From positions 4,224,001 to 4,288,000 of the forward strand of contig OZ245365.1 in the NCBI GenBank assembly GCA_965226495.1: 64,000 nt of DNA, read 5' to 3'. The stretch is from Candidatus Marinacidobacterales bacterium (lineage in GTDB: Bacteria > Acidobacteriota > Vicinamibacteria > Marinacidobacterales > DATDRI01). This document shows positions 60,485-64,000 of this stretch, one piece after another; positions within the stretch are counted from its first letter, which is position 1; every line of letters begins with the position of its first letter. The position numbers and the translations under genes are program-made. The notes beneath the pieces were generated by a model. That model worked only from the letters and a program-made list of their open reading frames with translations. It did no database searches and was not told the DNA's origin.

Positions 60485-62649
60485 TAAGATGACCCTGGGC
60501 CCGGGCCGGTCATGATCTCGGAAAGGTCCGCCACCCGCGTAAACAGAGCCTGAAGCGCATATAGCAGCGCCAGGCGGTTCTCCTTGAGACGCCGATCCGG
60601 TGCCATGACCAGGACTTTATCAAAAAAGGTGTCGACTTGCGGCCGGAGCCGGGAGAGCACTCGCAGCGCTTCCTCGTACTGACCGGCGGCGATGAGCGCG
60701 GACGCCCGAGGCTCGACCGCCTTGAACGACGACCAGAGCTCCCTCTCCGCCTCTTCCGCAAACGCGTCGGGAGAGACGGCGGGTAGCTTCTCGTCAGAGA
60801 GGATATTGCGCACTCTCTTGAAGGCAACGGAAAGGGCCTCGAAATCTTCTGAGCCGCGGAGCCCCGCTACCGCGGCCAGCCGGCGCTTGAGGTCCGCCAC
60901 CGGAAGATCGAGAGCCCCCACGGCGAACACCGCACTGATCTCGTCGAAACGAAAGTCGCGGCTGAACACGTAACGGAGTCGATCCTTGAGAAACTCGCCG
61001 AGAAGTTCTACCGCCTTCGGGTCCACCGCATCGCCGAGTTGCTTCTTCACGATGTTGAAGGCTTCATCCAGCAGCTGCCGGAGGGTGACGCCGAGCTTCA
61101 ACCCGACTCGTTCCTCCCCTTCTAGCAGCATGCGAATGACACCCAACGCTTGTCGGCGGAGCGCGAACGGGTCCCTCGAACCGGTTGGGATGACCCCAGC
61201 AGAGAACATTCCGGCCAGACTGTCGAGCTTGTCCGCTAATGACAAGACGGTGCCGGTGGCGTTGGCGGGGAAATCGGAACGGCCTTCGAGAGTCAGAGGT
61301 TGATAGTGAGAGCCGATTGCCTCCGAGACTTCCCCGGGCTCCCCTTGCTCCCGAGCGTAAAGCCCGCCCATGATTCCTTGAAGCTCCGGAAACTCCCCCA
61401 CCATGTCGGTGACTAGATCACACTTGGCCAGGTGCGCGGCCCGCTCCGCGTGCTCTACGTGCTCAGCAGGCGAGCCGGCCTGCTTGGCGAGCCAGCTCGC
61501 CAAGGGAACGATACGTTCCACTTTGTCGCGGTAGCTCCCGAGCTTCTCGTGGAACAAGACCCCGCTCAGTTTATCGACCCGAGCTTCGAGTGGTCTCTTG
61601 AGGTCCTCGTTCCAAAAGAACTGAGCATCCCGCAACCGGGCTACCACCACCCGCTCACTGCCCTTGCGGATGTATCCTTTTCGATCCGACGGCATGTTGG
61701 TGATGGCGATGAAGGCGGGAACTTTCCTTAGTGGAATGTACTTCTGATGGTGAATGAGAACGGTGTACCTCACGGCCTCCGGAAGGGCGGTGAACTCCTT
61801 AGGGTACTTTCCGAGAACGGCTCCCGGCCATTCGACGAGATCGGCGAGTACTCTCGTCGTCAACGCCCCCAAGTCCAAAACCCTCTTGGCGCCCGACTTC
61901 TTCTCAAGCTTGCCGATCTCCTTCTCGAGGCGTTTTTCTCGATCGACGGGATCGAGCAGAACGAAATATTTCTTTAGTCGCTGGTTGAGATCGCGAAACG
62001 AGCTCACCGCGAAGGGCGCGTTGGGCTTCTTGCCTTGAGGCGCTAGAAAGCGATGCCCGCGCGTCTTGTTCCCCGCTCGCACGCTGCCGTTCCCCAGTGC
62101 CCGGATCTCGAATGGCACCACCTTTTTTCCAAGGAGACACACCATCCAACGAATGGGTCTTCCAAAAGGGAAAGCACCTCGCCCGTCGGCGATCTCCGCG
62201 TCCCAGTTCATGAACTTGGGGAAACTCAGGTTCCGGAGCGTCTCCGCCATGATGGAAGGGAGAAGCTTGACCGTCTGCTTTCCTTTCACCTCTCGAACGA
62301 AGCCGACGTATTCCCCCTTCTTCGTCTTCAAGAGCTTGAGCTTACTTGGCTGCAGCTGGTTCTTTCGGGCGAAGCCAAGAGCCGCCTTACTCCATTCACC
62401 GCTTTCGGTCCTGGCGATGGAAGCGGGTGGCCCGGTGACTTCTTCCCGGCGGTCGGCCTGTTTCTCTGCGAGCTTCGGTACGTGTACGACCAAGCGCCGG
62501 GGTGTCCCATACACTTCGACCTCGGCGCCGAACCCATGCTGCTCCAGCTGCTTTTGGAAATCTTTACTGAGCTGCCGAATGGTGCCCGGCAGCCAACCGG
62601 CAGGGAATTCCTCGCAGCCAATCTCCCAAAGGAAGGGGACGGTTTTCAT
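60484..62649 (-). CDS. glyS: glycine--tRNA ligase beta subunit
   Basis: [28 protein letters not shown]. Confidence 0.97.
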   Translation of the reverse strand: MKTVPFLWEIGCEEFPAGWLPGTIRQLSKDFQKQLEQHGFGAEVEVYGTPRRLVVHVPKLAEKQADRREEVTGPPASIARTESGEWSKAALGFARKNQLQPSKLKLLKTKKGEYVGFVREVKGKQTVKLLPSIMAETLRNLSFPKFMNWDAEIADGRGAFPFGRPIRWMVCLLGKKVVPFEIRALGNGSVRAGNKTRGHRFLAPQGKKPNAPFAVSSFRDLNQRLKKYFVLLDPVDREKRLEKEIGKLEKKSGAKRVLDLGALTTRVLADLVEWPGAVLGKYPKEFTALPEAVRYTVLIHHQKYIPLRKVPAFIAITNMPSDRKGYIRKGSERVVVARLRDAQFFWNEDLKRPLEARVDKLSGVLFHEKLGSYRDKVERIVPLASWLAKQAGSPAEHVEHAERAAHLAKCDLVTDMVGEFPELQGIMGGLYAREQGEPGEVSEAIGSHYQPLTLEGRSDFPANATGTVLSLADKLDSLAGMFSAGVIPTGSRDPFALRRQALGVIRMLLEGEERVGLKLGVTLRQLLDEAFNIVKKQLGDAVDPKAVELLGEFLKDRLRYVFSRDFRFDEISAVFAVGALDLPVADLKRRLAAVAGLRGSEDFEALSVAFKRVRNILSDEKLPAVSPDAFAEEAERELWSSFKAVEPRASALIAAGQYEEALRVLSRLRPQVDTFFDKVLVMAPDRRLKENRLALLYALQALFTRVADLSEIMTGPGPGSS

Positions 62650-63527
62650 AAGGCTGCTTGATCGGGGATGGCGACGCTTGGGGCGGGCGAAGTGGCATCG
62701 ACGTACACTTGGGCGACTCGACAGGCCAGGTCGCGCACCTTGAGGATGTGCGCGGTTCTTTCGTTGACCGATAATGCACCGCGGGCATCCAATGTATTAA
62801 AGATGTGCGAGCACTTGAGAACTGTCTCGTATGCGGCCAAGTAAAGCCCCTCACTCAATAAGCGTTCACCCTCGAGGCGGTACTCCTCGAAGTGCCGTCG
62901 AAATAGCTCGACGTTCGCCGCTTCGAAGCTAAAGCGAGAGCCTTCGAACTCGTCGCGATGCCTTACTTGGCGATACGTTACACCAGGAGCCCATTCGAGA
63001 TCGTAGACGTCGTCGACACCCTGGAGATGCATGTCGAGCCGTTCGAGTCCGTACGTGATCTCGACCGAAATAGGTGCCAGCTCGATCCCGCCGGCTTGTT
63101 GGAAATACGTAAATTGAGAGATCTCCAAGCCGTCGAGCAGAACCTGCCACCCGATACCCCAAGCTCCCAGTGTCGGCGACTCCCAGTTGTCCTCCTCGAA
63201 ACGAATGTCGTGGAGGCGAGGATCGATGCCGCAGACCTTGAGGCTTTCCAAGTACACGTCCTGAATATCGGCGGGTGCCGGCTTCAAGATGAGCTGCAGC
63301 TGATAGTGCTTATAGAGACGGTTGGGATTCTCTCCGTAGCGCCCATCGGCCGGCCGGCGAGAGGGCTGAACGTAGACGACGCGCCAGGGGTCGGGGCCCA
63401 AGACCCGAAAGAAGGTCTCCGGGTGCATCGTTCCGGCGCCCATCTCTTGATCGTAGGGTTGATGCACCACAACTCCACGCTCTGCCCAAAAGCGCGACAG
63501 CGAGAGGACGAGATCCTGGAATCTCAC
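62646..63527 (-). CDS. glyQ: glycine--tRNA ligase alpha subunit
   Basis: [30 protein letters not shown]. Confidence 0.97.
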   Translation of the reverse strand: MRFQDLVLSLSRFWAERGVVVHQPYDQEMGAGTMHPETFFRVLGPDPWRVVYVQPSRRPADGRYGENPNRLYKHYQLQLILKPAPADIQDVYLESLKVCGIDPRLHDIRFEEDNWESPTLGAWGIGWQVLLDGLEISQFTYFQQAGGIELAPISVEITYGLERLDMHLQGVDDVYDLEWAPGVTYRQVRHRDEFEGSRFSFEAANVELFRRHFEEYRLEGERLLSEGLYLAAYETVLKCSHIFNTLDARGALSVNERTAHILKVRDLACRVAQVYVDATSPAPSVAIPDQAAL

Positions 63528-64000
63528 GTTCTCTTCTCCAGACGCAGCATATCCTCGAGTACCTGCATGGCGTTCGGCTCTCTGTCGAGCTGCTGCCCGA
63601 TCACCCTACGATTCAGCTTCGCTATCTCATCCAAGACTTGCTCTGCTTCCTGTGCGGGCGGAGCGGGAAGCTCTCCGGGCGGTCGATGCCAGATCTGCTC
63701 GAGATAGCGAAGCGAGGCGGGCGACAGCGAGACGCCATTCCGCGCTCGGCGACCACAGCGAGTACATTGGAGATGGTGCTCATCGATTACGTAGTGCGCG
63801 CCTTCTTGGATGAGCTTCGCCCCGCAAACCGAGCAGGTCTCCCCGGTCGGGAAAAACCCTCCCAGCCTCAGCACCCAAGCCTCGAAGTAGCGCGCGAGAC
63901 GCCTCGGATCGGAGTCGCTGGTGAGCGCGGCAGCCGCCGCCTTCATCAGACGGTACAACTTGGCGTTCGGTTCCCGATCGGGTGCGAACGAATCGACCAA
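63524..64000 (-). CDS. recO: DNA repair protein RecO (5' end beyond window)
   Basis: [16 protein letters not shown] zinc finger, upstream of glyQ. Confidence 0.85.
   Translation of the reverse strand: MVDSFAPDREPNAKLYRLMKAAAAALTSDSDPRRLARYFEAWVLRLGGFFPTGETCSVCGAKLIQEGAHYVIDEHHLQCTRCGRRARNGVSLSPASLRYLEQIWHRPPGELPAPPAQEAEQVLDEIAKLNRRVIGQQLDREPNAMQVLEDMLRLEKRT

Noticed and set aside
55944-64000. recO-glyQ-glyS-ppdK-mutL linkage
   Set aside because: Housekeeping arrangement; glyQS-ppdK adjacency is already known.
1-64000. CRISPR array, tRNA, rRNA, prophage
   Set aside because: No regularly spaced repeats, recognisable structural RNA genes or phage genes were seen by eye.

Overview
GC-rich bacterial chromosomal segment. 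Gene content and repeat style suggest Acidobacteriota, probably Vicinamibacteria; this is an inference. Core blocks: boxC-boxB (benzoyl-CoA epoxidation, runs off the left edge); a lpdA-lipB-E1alpha-E1beta-E2-lipA cluster; recO-glyQ-glyS-ppdK-mutL (runs off the right edge). Between them are accessory genes, a vapBC module, an IS481 element, REP/MITE-like repeats and at least seven disrupted genes. Most notable: (1) two dispersed copies of a DUF222-like HNH nuclease gene sharing a colinear ~200-nt AT-rich non-coding leader, a candidate uncharacterised mobile nuclease cassette; (2) a deiodinase-like selenoprotein hidden by an in-frame TGA followed by a SECIS-like hairpin; (3) a Cyc2-like cytochrome-porin; (4) three intact ORFs whose catalytic motifs look lost (E1alpha, S9 peptidase, M29-like peptidase); (5) a MoxR AAA+ ATPase paired with a TraB/TIKI-like protein; (6) a ~41-bp operator-like motif shared by two distant loci, and divergent sigma-54 promoters around a palindrome. 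No rRNA, tRNA or CRISPR array was recognised. All family calls come from motif recognition by eye, not database searches.
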